From: Candidatus Saccharimonadota bacterium
GTDB lineage: Bacteria > Patescibacteriota > Saccharimonadia > Saccharimonadales > Saccharimonadaceae
NCBI RefSeq assembly: GCF_025273655.1
Contig: NZ_CP045921.1
Location: 480,001-512,000, forward strand
Reading direction: 5' to 3'
Length of the DNA: 32,000 nucleotides
Part shown: positions 1 through 7,773 of the stretch, one piece after another
How the letters are laid out: each line of letters opens with the position of its first letter
Position numbering within the stretch: the first letter of the stretch is position 1
Position numbers and translations under genes: made by a program
The notes under the pieces: generated by a model
Database searches by the model: none
Told to the model about the DNA's origin: nothing
Seen by the model: the letters and a program-made list of their open reading frames with translations, nothing else

Positions 1-1088
1 CGCGTACATTTGACTACGGTAAGCCCGAGGTAGCGCATTTTCTCCTCAGCAACGTGCGCTATTGGCTCGACGAATACCATTTCGACGGCTACCGTTTCGA
101 CGGCGTGACAAGCATGCTCTACTATAGTCACGGCCTAGAGAAATCATATAGTAGCTACGATGACTACTTCGATGGCGATGTAGATCTCGATGCACTCACC
201 TATCTCACGCTCGCAAACGCCGTAGTGCACGGGGTAAAGAAGCATGCTATTACTATCGCTGAAGACATGAGTGCGCTGCCTGGTCTCGCCGCTCCTATAG
301 ATGTCGATGGTATTGGGTTCGACTACCGCCTGAGCATGGGGGTGCCTGATCTCTGGATCAAAACACTCAAGGAGAAGAAGGATGAAGATTGGGATCTCAC
401 GCATTTGCTTCACGAGCTCACCGCACATCGGCCAGAGGAGCGGACGATTAGCTACGCCGAGAGTCACGATCAAGCGCTCGTGGGCGACAAAACGCTGATA
501 TTTCGCCTGGCGGACGCCGATATGTACGACCACATGCTGGCGAGCGACACCGATCTAGTAGTGGAGCGCGCGGTCGCCTTGCATAAGCTCATCCGGTTGC
601 TTACTGCTAGTACGCATAGTGGTGGCTATCTCACGTTTATGGGCAACGAATACGGGCATCCGGAGTGGATCGATTTTCCGCGTCCAGGCAACGGGTGGTC
701 ATACCAGTATGCGCGCCGCCAATGGAGCTTGGCAGACGATGCGAACTTGAAGTATTCGCAGCTTGGTAGCTTCGACCAGGCACTCACGACACTCCTGCGC
801 GATGTAGACGGCGAGGTGGATTACCGCTATATCCACCAGGGCGACGGTGTGCTGTCGTATATGCGTGGCAACTATCTGTTTGCCTATAATTTCTCGCCTG
901 CCCAGTCGTATACAGACTACGGAGTGCCTGCACCAAATGGCAAATATACCGCGGTACTCTCGAGCGACAGTAAGGAGTTTGGCGGCCAGGGTCGCGTCGA
1001 TAGCCATGTCGCTTACATGGCCACTTCTGGCCAGCTCATGCTGTACCTGCCTGCACGCACAGCCTTAGTACTACGCCGGGATAAATAG
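1..1088 (+). CDS. glgB: 1,4-alpha-glucan branching enzyme (GH13, eukaryote-like GH13_8 type), C-terminal ~360 aa; 5' end outside window
   Basis: Frame 3 is open from nt 3 (RTFDYGKPEVAHFLLSNVRYW...), so the GTG at 54 is internal. GH13 motifs YHFDGYRFDGVTSMLY, AESHDQALVGDKT, FMGNEYGHPEW. Stop at 1086-1088. Confidence 0.85.
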   Translation, partial: RTFDYGKPEVAHFLLSNVRYWLDEYHFDGYRFDGVTSMLYYSHGLEKSYSSYDDYFDGDVDLDALTYLTLANAVVHGVKKHAITIAEDMSALPGLAAPIDVDGIGFDYRLSMGVPDLWIKTLKEKKDEDWDLTHLLHELTAHRPEERTISYAESHDQALVGDKTLIFRLADADMYDHMLASDTDLVVERAVALHKLIRLLTASTHSGGYLTFMGNEYGHPEWIDFPRPGNGWSYQYARRQWSLADDANLKYSQLGSFDQALTTLLRDVDGEVDYRYIHQGDGVLSYMRGNYLFAYNFSPAQSYTDYGVPAPNGKYTAVLSSDSKEFGGQGRVDSHVAYMATSGQLMLYLPARTALVLRRDK

Positions 1089-1144
1089 GAGTGTGACGAG
1101 TGATGCCGCGATCACTCTTCGCATAAATATTTATCGTGGTTGAG

Positions 1145-1176
1145 TCCGTCACCCGAGCGTACGCTCGGGTGACGGA
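1145..1176. terminator. Perfect 15-bp-arm palindrome between convergent glgB and protease genes (bidirectional terminator candidate, no clear U-tract)
   Basis: tccgtcacccgagcg-ta-cgctcgggtgacgga read directly. A smaller hairpin gagtgat-gccgcg-atcactc followed by a T-rich tail lies at 1098-1117. Confidence 0.5.
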
Positions 1177-1196
1177 GATCACCCAACCTCTTCTCG

Positions 1197-1889
1197 TCAG
1201 CCGACGAGCTCGTAGTCTGCTCGAGTGGCGACACTAGCGCCATCGGGCACAGGTATGCCTAGAGCACGAGCTGCACTGAGGGCTGCGTCGATCAGAGATG
1301 GTGAGCCGCTGATGATGCCGACGACTTCGTCGTTAGCATCAATCACCGGCGAGCCGGAGTCGAATGGCGTGACAGCCATGCCCTTGATGACGATCCCGAA
1401 CTTGGTGATTGCAACGACGGTGCCGCACTGGCGGACCTTGTTGGCAATTCCGTGGCCGTGTTTGCACACAGTGGAACCGTGGCGCGGCTGTCCGACGCCT
1501 TTGACCGGCACCTCGTCGCGTACGATAACGTTCGGCGCCATCTGTACGGTGGCGATGTCGGCGTAATTGGCACTCACACCACTTCCGTCTGGGTAGGTAG
1601 TGCTGCGAATGACTGTGCCGACATACTGGCCGTTGGCATCGGTGATTCTGTCATTGACTTTGCCACAGTGACCTGCGAAATCAAAAGTCCTGCCACTGAC
1701 AGTGGCGACGTTGCAGCCGCCCCCGCCCTGGGGGATGACCTTGACACCGACGCCAATCACAGGTGCAGGTGCGGCACTTGCCTCGCCTGCACCGTGGGAA
1801 ATAGCGCCGATCAGTCCGACGAGAATTGCTGCGCCGATCAGTCCGACGAGCCACGCTCGAATACTTCTGGCACTGACAATGGGAATCAT
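1197..1889 (-). CDS. Secreted or membrane-anchored S1 family serine protease, streptogrisin/alpha-lytic (S1E)-like
   Basis: N-terminal hydrophobic signal/anchor ending ASA/AP. Triad contexts FAGHCG (His), YADIATV (Asp), TPFDSGSPV (Ser). Cys spacing GSTVCKHG...RQCGTVV resembles S1E. SD AAGGAGAAGTC-ATG. Hand GC counts are 62% and 67% on lines 1261 and 1681. Confidence 0.7.
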   Translation of the reverse strand: MIPIVSARSIRAWLVGLIGAAILVGLIGAISHGAGEASAAPAPVIGVGVKVIPQGGGGCNVATVSGRTFDFAGHCGKVNDRITDANGQYVGTVIRSTTYPDGSGVSANYADIATVQMAPNVIVRDEVPVKGVGQPRHGSTVCKHGHGIANKVRQCGTVVAITKFGIVIKGMAVTPFDSGSPVIDANDEVVGIISGSPSLIDAALSAARALGIPVPDGASVATRADYELVG

Positions 1890-1981
1890 GACTTCTCCTT
1901 GAGAGTTGGTTGGGTGATTTGTTAACGAGCAATGGAAGAGGGTAGCTGGCTGCTACTCAACACTCTCTCACTCATGAATTA

Positions 1982-2010
1982 ATTATAGCATAAGTATAAT
2001 AAAAAGTCAA
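1982..2010 (-). promoter_or_regulatory. Sigma-70-type promoter for the protease gene (TTGACT-17-TATAAT)
   Basis: The reverse complement of 1982-2010 reads TTGACT ttttattatacttatgc TATAAT. It sits in an AT-rich spacer 9 nt after the kinase stop codon. Confidence 0.6.
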
Positions 2011-2018
2011 TAATAACA

Positions 2019-3044
2019 CTATTTTTTTACTGGTATGTAAACAGTGAATGTGCTGCCCTGTTCCAGCGTGCTTTCGACGCTGAGTGTGCCATGGTGTGCC
2101 TTGACGAGTCGATGCGCAATAGGTAGTCCAAGGCCGTATCCTTGGGTTTGCGAGCGTGAAGCATCTGCTCGGTAGAAACGGGTGAAAATGTGTGACACGT
2201 CTTGCTCGGCGATGCCAACCCCTTGATCGGCAACGTGAATGTAGGTGCCACCTCTAGCATCATGGGCTGCAGTAAGTGTAATCGTAGTATCATCTGGACT
2301 GTATTTGATAGCGTTGTCGAGTAGGATGGTGATGATTTGCGTAAGTGCACCGTCGTCAGCGTGTAGCGTAATCGTAGGAATCAGATTGTCGACAGAGATG
2401 CGTTTGTCGACGGCTTTTGGCGCTACAGTGGCTAGGGCGGTATCGACCACCTCTGTAAGTTTGACATCCCCCAGTGTGAGTGTGGGCTGATGTGCTGACA
2501 AGCGCAAGAGTCCGTCAGTCAGTTGCTGCAGACGGGCGATTTCATCTAGATTATCCTGAATCGTTTCTCTGGCATCTGTGAGTGTCAGTTTTTTGCGGCG
2601 AAGCGCAACTTCATTGGTGGTGCGTAGGGCTGTCAGGGGTGTGCGAAGCTCGTGGCTTGCATCACTTACAAACTGAGTCTGGGCGTCCATGGCTTCCTCG
2701 ATAGGTTCGAGTGTGCGCCGCGCCAAGTAGTAGCTGAAAATACTGCCACCGGCTAGTACGAGCAGATTGATAACGGCGAGTTTAGCGAATATGTCACGCT
2801 TGCCTTCCTCGATGCGCTGATTGATGAACGAGCGAAAGCCCGATGGTGTTTGCATAGGAAAATCATCGGTTATACCAATAGCGCTACGCGGTGGTCGCTG
2901 ACGCTCCAGCTGGCTGGTAGATGTGGCGTAGAGTACGATACTGAAACTGAGACTCATGATCATGATGATGCTCAGGTACGTCAGCATCAAACGCGCCGTA
3001 TCGGTGCGTAGAAACGAGCGAAATTGGGTGAGCTCGTGGCTCAC
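2019..3044 (-). CDS. Sensor histidine kinase (HisKA + HATPase_c), two TM segments, no HAMP linker
   Basis: H-box SHELRTPL only ~15 aa after TM2. N/G boxes LLDNAIKYSP, DQGVGI, GYGLGL. 4-nt overlap with the upstream response regulator. Confidence 0.9.
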   Translation of the reverse strand: MSHELTQFRSFLRTDTARLMLTYLSIIMIMSLSFSIVLYATSTSQLERQRPPRSAIGITDDFPMQTPSGFRSFINQRIEEGKRDIFAKLAVINLLVLAGGSIFSYYLARRTLEPIEEAMDAQTQFVSDASHELRTPLTALRTTNEVALRRKKLTLTDARETIQDNLDEIARLQQLTDGLLRLSAHQPTLTLGDVKLTEVVDTALATVAPKAVDKRISVDNLIPTITLHADDGALTQIITILLDNAIKYSPDDTTITLTAAHDARGGTYIHVADQGVGIAEQDVSHIFTRFYRADASRSQTQGYGLGLPIAHRLVKAHHGTLSVESTLEQGSTFTVYIPVKK

Positions 3045-3718
3045 CCTTCATCCTTGATGATGTAGCCGAAGCCACGCATAGTCTCGATGAGATTGCGGCC
3101 TTTGTAGGGCTTGTCGACTTTGTTGCGGATGTAGTTGACAAATACTTCGACGTTGTTTGGTAAGATATCGGCGTCGAAATCCCAAACATGTGTCATGATG
3201 TTGGATTTGCTCACGACACGGTTCTTGTTGCGTAGCATGTACTCTAGGATCGAAAACTCTTTCGATGTGAGGGGTACTGTCTTGCCGGCGCGTTTGACTG
3301 AGCGATTGACAGTATCAAGTTCAAGATCTTCTACGGTAAGCACTTCTGCAAGCTTCTCATGAGGGCGCCGCAAGATAGCACGAACTCGAGCTAATAATAC
3401 TTCAAACGAGAATGGCTTGGCAACATAGTCGTCTGCGCCGCTGTCGAGACCTTTGATGATATCTTCTGTCTGGTCTTTGGCTGTGAGAAGGATGATTGGT
3501 GTATGATTGTCATCTGCGCGTAGCTGTTTACATACCTCGATGCCCGTTTTCTTGGGCATCATAACATCCATGAGGATAAGATCATATTCATCTGCACTGG
3601 CGGTATTGTAGCCAGCTTCCCCGTCGTACTCTACGTCGACAGCATAGCCTTCATCCATGAGGCCTTCGCGGATTGCACGAGCAATCCTGTGTTCGTCTTC
3701 TATCAGTAATATCTTCAT
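3041..3718 (-). CDS. OmpR-family response regulator
   Basis: Receiver motifs LLIEDE, LILMDVMMP, VAKPF. Winged-helix C-terminus LTSKEFSILEYM...RGFGY. Confidence 0.9.
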   Translation of the reverse strand: MKILLIEDEHRIARAIREGLMDEGYAVDVEYDGEAGYNTASADEYDLILMDVMMPKKTGIEVCKQLRADDNHTPIILLTAKDQTEDIIKGLDSGADDYVAKPFSFEVLLARVRAILRRPHEKLAEVLTVEDLELDTVNRSVKRAGKTVPLTSKEFSILEYMLRNKNRVVSKSNIMTHVWDFDADILPNNVEVFVNYIRNKVDKPYKGRNLIETMRGFGYIIKDEG

Positions 3719-3725
3719 AGTTCCT

Positions 3726-3752
3726 AGTATAGGACTTAAAACTGAGTCCTAT
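3726..3752 (-). promoter_or_regulatory. Candidate -10 box (TATACT, 7 nt from the regulator ATG) overlapped by an 8-bp inverted repeat (possible operator)
   Basis: Reverse complement of 3726-3731 is TATACT. Inverted repeat ataggact (3729-3736) / agtcctat (3745-3752). No good -35 box and no SD. Confidence 0.3.
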
Positions 3753-3777
3753 CTTAAAGCAATCCCTCAAGTATACC

Positions 3778-3805
3778 AAAAACTCTGCAGGTAGGCAGAG
3801 TTTTT
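3778..3805 (-). terminator. Rho-independent terminator after the ABC ATPase gene (A-tract/T-tract, potentially bidirectional)
   Basis: aaaaactctgc-aggtag-gcagagttttt is a perfect 11-bp stem, 16 nt after the ATPase stop codon. Confidence 0.7.
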
Positions 3806-3820
3806 GGTGAAACTTGGGCG

Positions 3821-4498
3821 CTATTTTTTGACTTCTTTGAGTTTGCCGTCACTTAGACGGAAAGTGCGGTCCGTCTTGCCGGCGATGTCGAGATCGTGTG
3901 TGACCACGATGATAGTGGTTTTCTCGGTCTTGGCCAGCGAATGCAAGAGGTCAAAGACCATTTTTCCGGTTTGCTCGTCCAGGTTGCCTGTCGGCTCGTC
4001 GGCCAAAATGACGCTCGGCTTATTGGCCAGCGCGCGGGCGATACTGACGCGCTGCTGCTGACCGCCAGAGAGCTTGCCGGGTTTGCGTTTCATCTGGTCT
4101 GGCTCGATACCTACCTGTGACAATAGCGCGGCAGCTTTGTCTTTGCGCTCAGCGGGTGCCACTCCGGCGAACTCCATGGGGAGCATGACGTTTTCGAGTG
4201 CAGTCAGGTTTGGTATCAGGTTGTAATTCTGGAACACGAAGCCGATTTTGTGGCAGCGATAGCGGATGAGGCTATGGTCGCTCATTTTGGCAATGTCTTG
4301 CTCGTCAACTTTGATGCTGCCACCAGTCGGCTTGTCAAGGGCGCCGAGCATGCTCAGAAGTGTGCTTTTGCCACTACCTGATTTACCGATGATGGAGACG
4401 AATTCGCCGCGGTCGACGCTAAATTTGAGGTCGTCGACGGCATGCACTTCTTCGCCACCAGATTTGAATGTGCGTGTGAGGTGTTCTACTACTAACAT
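3821..4498 (-). CDS. ABC transporter ATP-binding protein, MacB/LolD/FtsE-like
   Basis: Walker A GKSGSGKST, signature LSGGQQQRVSIARAL, Walker B ILADEPTGNLD, H-loop VTHD. SD AGGAGG upstream. Confidence 0.9.
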   Translation of the reverse strand: MLVVEHLTRTFKSGGEEVHAVDDLKFSVDRGEFVSIIGKSGSGKSTLLSMLGALDKPTGGSIKVDEQDIAKMSDHSLIRYRCHKIGFVFQNYNLIPNLTALENVMLPMEFAGVAPAERKDKAAALLSQVGIEPDQMKRKPGKLSGGQQQRVSIARALANKPSVILADEPTGNLDEQTGKMVFDLLHSLAKTEKTTIIVVTHDLDIAGKTDRTFRLSDGKLKEVKK

Positions 4499-4505
4499 AT
4501 GCCTC

Positions 4506-5885
4506 CTACTCTGCCCGCATCACTTCTGCTGGGCGTACTTTTGATATGAAGATCGACGCGAGTGCACTGCCGATGATGGCGATGATCAGCGCCGCACCGA
4601 TGCCGTAGAGGATGATCTCCCAACCAACAGTGGCAGTGATATTTTCTGCACTTTGCTGGAGAGCTCGTCCGGCGCCACGACCTGGGCCGCTCATCATGCC
4701 GCCAGCCTGCGTAGTTGTGCTAGAGCTTGATACGAGTGCGCTAGTGATAGGCGCTGCAGCTGCGACGCCGATACCAATACCGATAATAGCGCCGAGGAGT
4801 GTCAGTGTGATCGCTTCAGCAATAAACTGACCCATGATGATTACATTGCTACCGCCGATGGCTTTGATGACGCCGATTTCTCGGCGGCGTTCGCGGACGA
4901 TCATGATCATAGTGAGTAAGATGATGATCGCGCCGGCAAAGACTGCCCCAATGAGGCTATAGAGCGAGATGGTCTGAATATTTTCGAGCGGTGCGACAGC
5001 AGACTCGACGGTGCTGGCAGAATCGGTCACATCACCACTATCGCCCATCACCTTCTTTGCTGCGGTGCTGACACTCGAGATGTTATCGACGCTGTCGACA
5101 TTGAGTGTGATACTCGTGAGTTCGTCGACTTGGTCGCTGAGTGTTTGGACGACGGCGAGCGGCATGATTACTTGGTTGTTGGTAAACTGCGTGCCGGTGT
5201 CGTAGATGCCCACGACTTTGAACTCAGTGCCATATGCCGTAAAGGTTGAGCCGACTGCCAAGCTGTTTTTGTCAGCGATCGCTTTGCCGATGATGGCGAC
5301 GTGCTCGGTGGAGTCTGCTGCAAAGCTTGTGCCAGAAGTGAGTTTGAATGTTACGCCGTCCGATGCGAGCGCCTTCTCTGGATTGTTGCTGCCTACAACA
5401 GTGACGGGCGGTGTAAAGGTGCGGGTGACGGTGCCCTGGGAGCTGCTTGAGCTTGACTCACCCTGCCTGCCTTCTCCATTCTGCATTTGTGGCGGCGCTT
5501 GCTGGAACCCGACCCCGGAACGTTCTGAATTACGCTGTCCGAGTGAGCCAGCATCGATGCCAGATTTAAGCGTGGTGTTGTCGGTCGTTAAGCGATCACT
5601 GACTGTCTGGATGGTGCTTGAGACATGATCGATAGCAGTTAGTTTGGCGGCTTGGTCTTTGGTGAGTGGTTCGCCGCCACCTTCGAAACCACGGGCACCC
5701 GCTGGTGCGACGCTGACTGTGTTGCCGACCGATGATTTGATAGTGTCTATTTTGGCTGTGACTGCCTGGCGAGCGACGAGCATGGCAAGAGCCAGTCCGA
5801 TGCTGATGCCGAGGATGATCACGATGGATCCTGTGCGTATGATGTTGCGAAAAGCATTACGTGCCCCCCGGGATATCATATTCAT
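4506..5885 (-). CDS. ABC transporter permease, FtsX/MacB type, with a large extracytoplasmic domain
   Basis: Start moved to the ATG at 5885 (SD AAGGAGAAGTAT-ATG); the track start at 5957 has no SD. TM1, then a ~290-aa external domain with an SSSSSS run, then a C-terminal FtsX helix bundle ending KVRPAEVMRAE. Confidence 0.85.
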   Translation of the reverse strand: MNMISRGARNAFRNIIRTGSIVIILGISIGLALAMLVARQAVTAKIDTIKSSVGNTVSVAPAGARGFEGGGEPLTKDQAAKLTAIDHVSSTIQTVSDRLTTDNTTLKSGIDAGSLGQRNSERSGVGFQQAPPQMQNGEGRQGESSSSSSQGTVTRTFTPPVTVVGSNNPEKALASDGVTFKLTSGTSFAADSTEHVAIIGKAIADKNSLAVGSTFTAYGTEFKVVGIYDTGTQFTNNQVIMPLAVVQTLSDQVDELTSITLNVDSVDNISSVSTAAKKVMGDSGDVTDSASTVESAVAPLENIQTISLYSLIGAVFAGAIIILLTMIMIVRERRREIGVIKAIGGSNVIIMGQFIAEAITLTLLGAIIGIGIGVAAAAPITSALVSSSSTTTQAGGMMSGPGRGAGRALQQSAENITATVGWEIILYGIGAALIIAIIGSALASIFISKVRPAEVMRAE

Positions 5886-5994
5886 ATACTTCTCCTTGGT
5901 TATGGTTTGTTGTCTGTCAAAAGGATATGACCAAGAGATAAATCGAAACTTAAACACATAGGTGTTGCGTATTTTTGTAAATAGTATAAAGATA

Positions 5995-6023
5995 TTGCTT
6001 TTTTATTATTTTTATGTTATAAT
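5995..6023 (+). promoter_or_regulatory. Sigma-70-type promoter for the PE-PPE hydrolase gene (TTGCTT-17-TATAAT, TG-extended)
   Basis: ttgctt ttttattatttttatgt tataat read directly. It would give a ~125-nt 5' UTR. Confidence 0.55.
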
Positions 6024-6156
6024 GCATTTGTCTCGGAAAGTATACAATGTTGTGTAACAAGTACGGGTGTAATCCACTGGTCAACGATGATCAGTTAACA
6101 ATCAGAGTACAACAGAATACAACCCACCCTCACTCTTTAGAAAGCAGGTGATTCAG

Positions 6157-7440
6157 ATGTTTCGTGTTTTCGTGCGCGCTATCGCGCTCGTCACACTGGC
6201 ACTGGGGCTTGTGCTTGGCGGTTCCTCAATCGCTCAGGCAGCCCCGGTCGAGTTCGACTCGTCTTCCATCTATGCCTACGGTGGTACTGGTAACCCCAGT
6301 GCCGCTGGCATGAAGGATTCGGCAGCAGGACGCGTCGCACAGGGCGTCAGCCCTGACGTGCCGGTTTCCGAGATGTACGCTGTGAATGAGTTTCGGTTCG
6401 ATACGGGGCTCTTCGACAAGACCTACTCGGACAGTCGCAATGAAACGGCGGCGAGTATGGTGCAAACTGTCGAGGCAGCGCCGACCCTGGCGAAGAAGAC
6501 CTTGGTGGTTTATAGCCAGACCGGTGACGCCGCGCGTATCGCTGCGCGGGCACTTGTGGCGAAGGGTTTTCCTGCCGATCAATTACTGATTGTCGCTCAG
6601 GGAGACCCGGGCCGACAGGGTTCGACCAAGGGCATCGCCCAGGTACTCCGCGCGTTCAAGATTCCGGTACTCGGCGTTGATTTCGACGAGGATCAGAGCA
6701 CCAGCGGCGTCAAGGTCGTGTCGATCTGCAAGGTCGGCGTGAACGCGGATCCGATCTGCGACATGCCGAGCGACCTCGATCCGATCAAGGGAGCAAACCG
6801 GCTGGCAGGTTTTTTCACGGCGCACGGCAGCTACGGACCCGACCTCAATATGTCGAATGCGACTATTTCGGTGTACGGCAATGAGATCGACGTAGATGTC
6901 CCGACGGACACCCCATCGCTCGTTCTTCTGGCTCGCGGTGCCGGTATTGGTGTGCCCCAGGAGCTGTCTGACGCATTGTCGGATTATCTCTTGACGGACC
7001 ACAGTTTCCCGAAGCTCGAAGAGATCTTCCACGGTGATTTCCTCCCGGAACTCGCCGAGGGTCTGCTTCAGCCCAAGAAGCCCGCGCCGTTGCCTGTGCC
7101 GCAGGTCCCCACCAGCCCGGAGGAGATCCCGGCTGTCGTCGGTGACTTCGCCGGTCAGACCACAGTCTATGTGGCCGAAAATGCAGGTGCAGCTATCGGG
7201 AGTGCCGCTGGTGGTGCTGTTGGATCGAATTTCGGTCCGGCAGGAACCACCCTTGGCACTCAGCTGGGTGAGCGTGTCGGCCAGGCAGTTGGCCGTGAAG
7301 TGGGCGAAGCTGCTGCGCCTGTCGTGGCGGATATCGCCGCTGGTGTGGTGGAGTCGGTGCAAACCGGTAACCCGCAGCCAGCCGTGGATGCCATCAACCG
7401 GGCACTGCCTGCCGGCGTGCCCCCAATCCACCTGCCGTAG
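6157..7440 (+). CDS. Secreted PE-PPE-domain-like serine hydrolase (alpha/beta fold) with a Pro-rich spacer and a Gly/Ala-rich C-terminal tail
   Basis: Start set to the ATG at 6157 (SD AGGTG, 6-nt spacer). Signal peptide ...GGSSIAQA/AP. Blocks GGTGNP, LVVYSQTGDAA, FFTAHGSYG. Hand GC counts are 58-68% on three lines. Confidence 0.6.
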   Translation: MFRVFVRAIALVTLALGLVLGGSSIAQAAPVEFDSSSIYAYGGTGNPSAAGMKDSAAGRVAQGVSPDVPVSEMYAVNEFRFDTGLFDKTYSDSRNETAASMVQTVEAAPTLAKKTLVVYSQTGDAARIAARALVAKGFPADQLLIVAQGDPGRQGSTKGIAQVLRAFKIPVLGVDFDEDQSTSGVKVVSICKVGVNADPICDMPSDLDPIKGANRLAGFFTAHGSYGPDLNMSNATISVYGNEIDVDVPTDTPSLVLLARGAGIGVPQELSDALSDYLLTDHSFPKLEEIFHGDFLPELAEGLLQPKKPAPLPVPQVPTSPEEIPAVVGDFAGQTTVYVAENAGAAIGSAAGGAVGSNFGPAGTTLGTQLGERVGQAVGREVGEAAAPVVADIAAGVVESVQTGNPQPAVDAINRALPAGVPPIHLP

Positions 7441-7476
7441 GAGCGGCTGGTATTCTGTCCTTACTACCCTGGTTGC

Positions 7477-7518
7477 AAGCCCGGATCTTCGTGTGTCATC
7501 ACGATAGATCCGGGCTTC
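7477..7518 (+). terminator. GC-rich hairpin downstream of the hydrolase gene
   Basis: aagcccggatc (7477-7487) / gatccgggctt (7508-7518), 20-nt loop, followed by caactcatttt. Confidence 0.45.
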
Positions 7519-7545
7519 AACTCATTTTGGGGGCTTTGGACTACA

Positions 7546-7583
7546 CTAAAAAAGAAGGTATGCGTACATACCTTCTTTTTTCT
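7546..7583. terminator. Bidirectional Rho-independent terminator
   Basis: aaaaaagaaggtatg-cgta-cataccttctttttt. The core stem is a perfect 11 bp, flanked by an A-run and a T-run. Confidence 0.75.
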
Positions 7584-7604
7584 TGGCTGGGGTGGAGGGA
7601 TTCG
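7575..7604 (-). repeat. Displaced copy of the tRNA-Gln 3' end (T-loop to CCA) plus 9 nt of 3' flank; att-like direct repeat
   Basis: cttttttcTtggctggggtggagggattcg (7575-7604) versus cttttttcAtggctggggtggagggattcg (7765-7794): 29 of 30 identical, 190 bp apart. Confidence 0.8.
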
Positions 7605-7764
7605 GTCACGTCTCGCGACCCCGCGAGTTCACGATTGACGATACATCGTCATCGGAACGTCGCTCTCAAACTGCCACTGGCAGTTTTCGCCCCCTCATGC
7701 CACTCAGGGCTTCGAATCACTATCTCTAGACAAAGAAAAAAGTCCTAGACCTGAAGGCCTACGA
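7605..7764 (-). other. 160-bp segment bracketed by the att-like repeats; three perfect short hairpins, no ORF
   Basis: Hairpins ctcgcg-accc-cgcgag (7612-7627), tgacgat-ac-atcgtca (7636-7651), aaactgcca-c-tggcagttt (7668-7686). An imperfect hairpin with a T-run (7736-7771) follows the tRNA 3' end. Confidence 0.5.
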
Positions 7765-7773
7765 CTTTTTTCA

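Noticed and set aside
1452-1925. 157-aa plus-strand ORF and several others overlapping the S1 protease gene.
   Set aside because: Same GC-driven artefact. Only the minus-strand frame has an SD, a signal peptide and catalytic-triad motifs.
5886-5957. 24-codon N-terminal extension of the FtsX permease (MFKFRFISWSYPFDRQQTITKEKY).
   Set aside because: No SD precedes it, while AAGGAGAAGTAT-ATG precedes the internal ATG at 5885. For similar reasons I trimmed dnaX (26890-26982), the Trx-fold gene (8473-8517), the hydrolase (6148-6156), the alpha-CTD-like gene (27422-27469) and the small membrane protein (16567-16707).
6583-7431. 282-aa ORF antisense to the PE-PPE hydrolase gene. Other antisense ORFs lie at 6226-6582, 6347-6553 and 7034-7507.
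   Set aside because: Long stop-free antisense frames are expected in a ~60% GC gene. The product is Arg/His-rich low complexity. There is no SD or promoter. The sense frame has a signal peptide and domain motifs.
7698-7720. A second tRNA-like fragment (minus strand gATTCGAAgccctgagtggca) inside the 160-bp inter-repeat segment, possibly another att remnant.
   Set aside because: No complementary 5' T-stem or acceptor partner. The implied acceptor stem would start with T. The resemblance is limited to a TTCGAA core, so this is too weak to call.
7584-7740. The possibility that the duplicated tRNA 3' end belongs to a tmRNA or a second tRNA gene.
   Set aside because: No 5' acceptor strand (TGGGGTG or GGGG...) occurs upstream. 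No D-arm or anticodon arm can be drawn. The acceptor is Gln-type rather than Ala-type. tRNA-Gln itself occupies the only room for a tmRNA.
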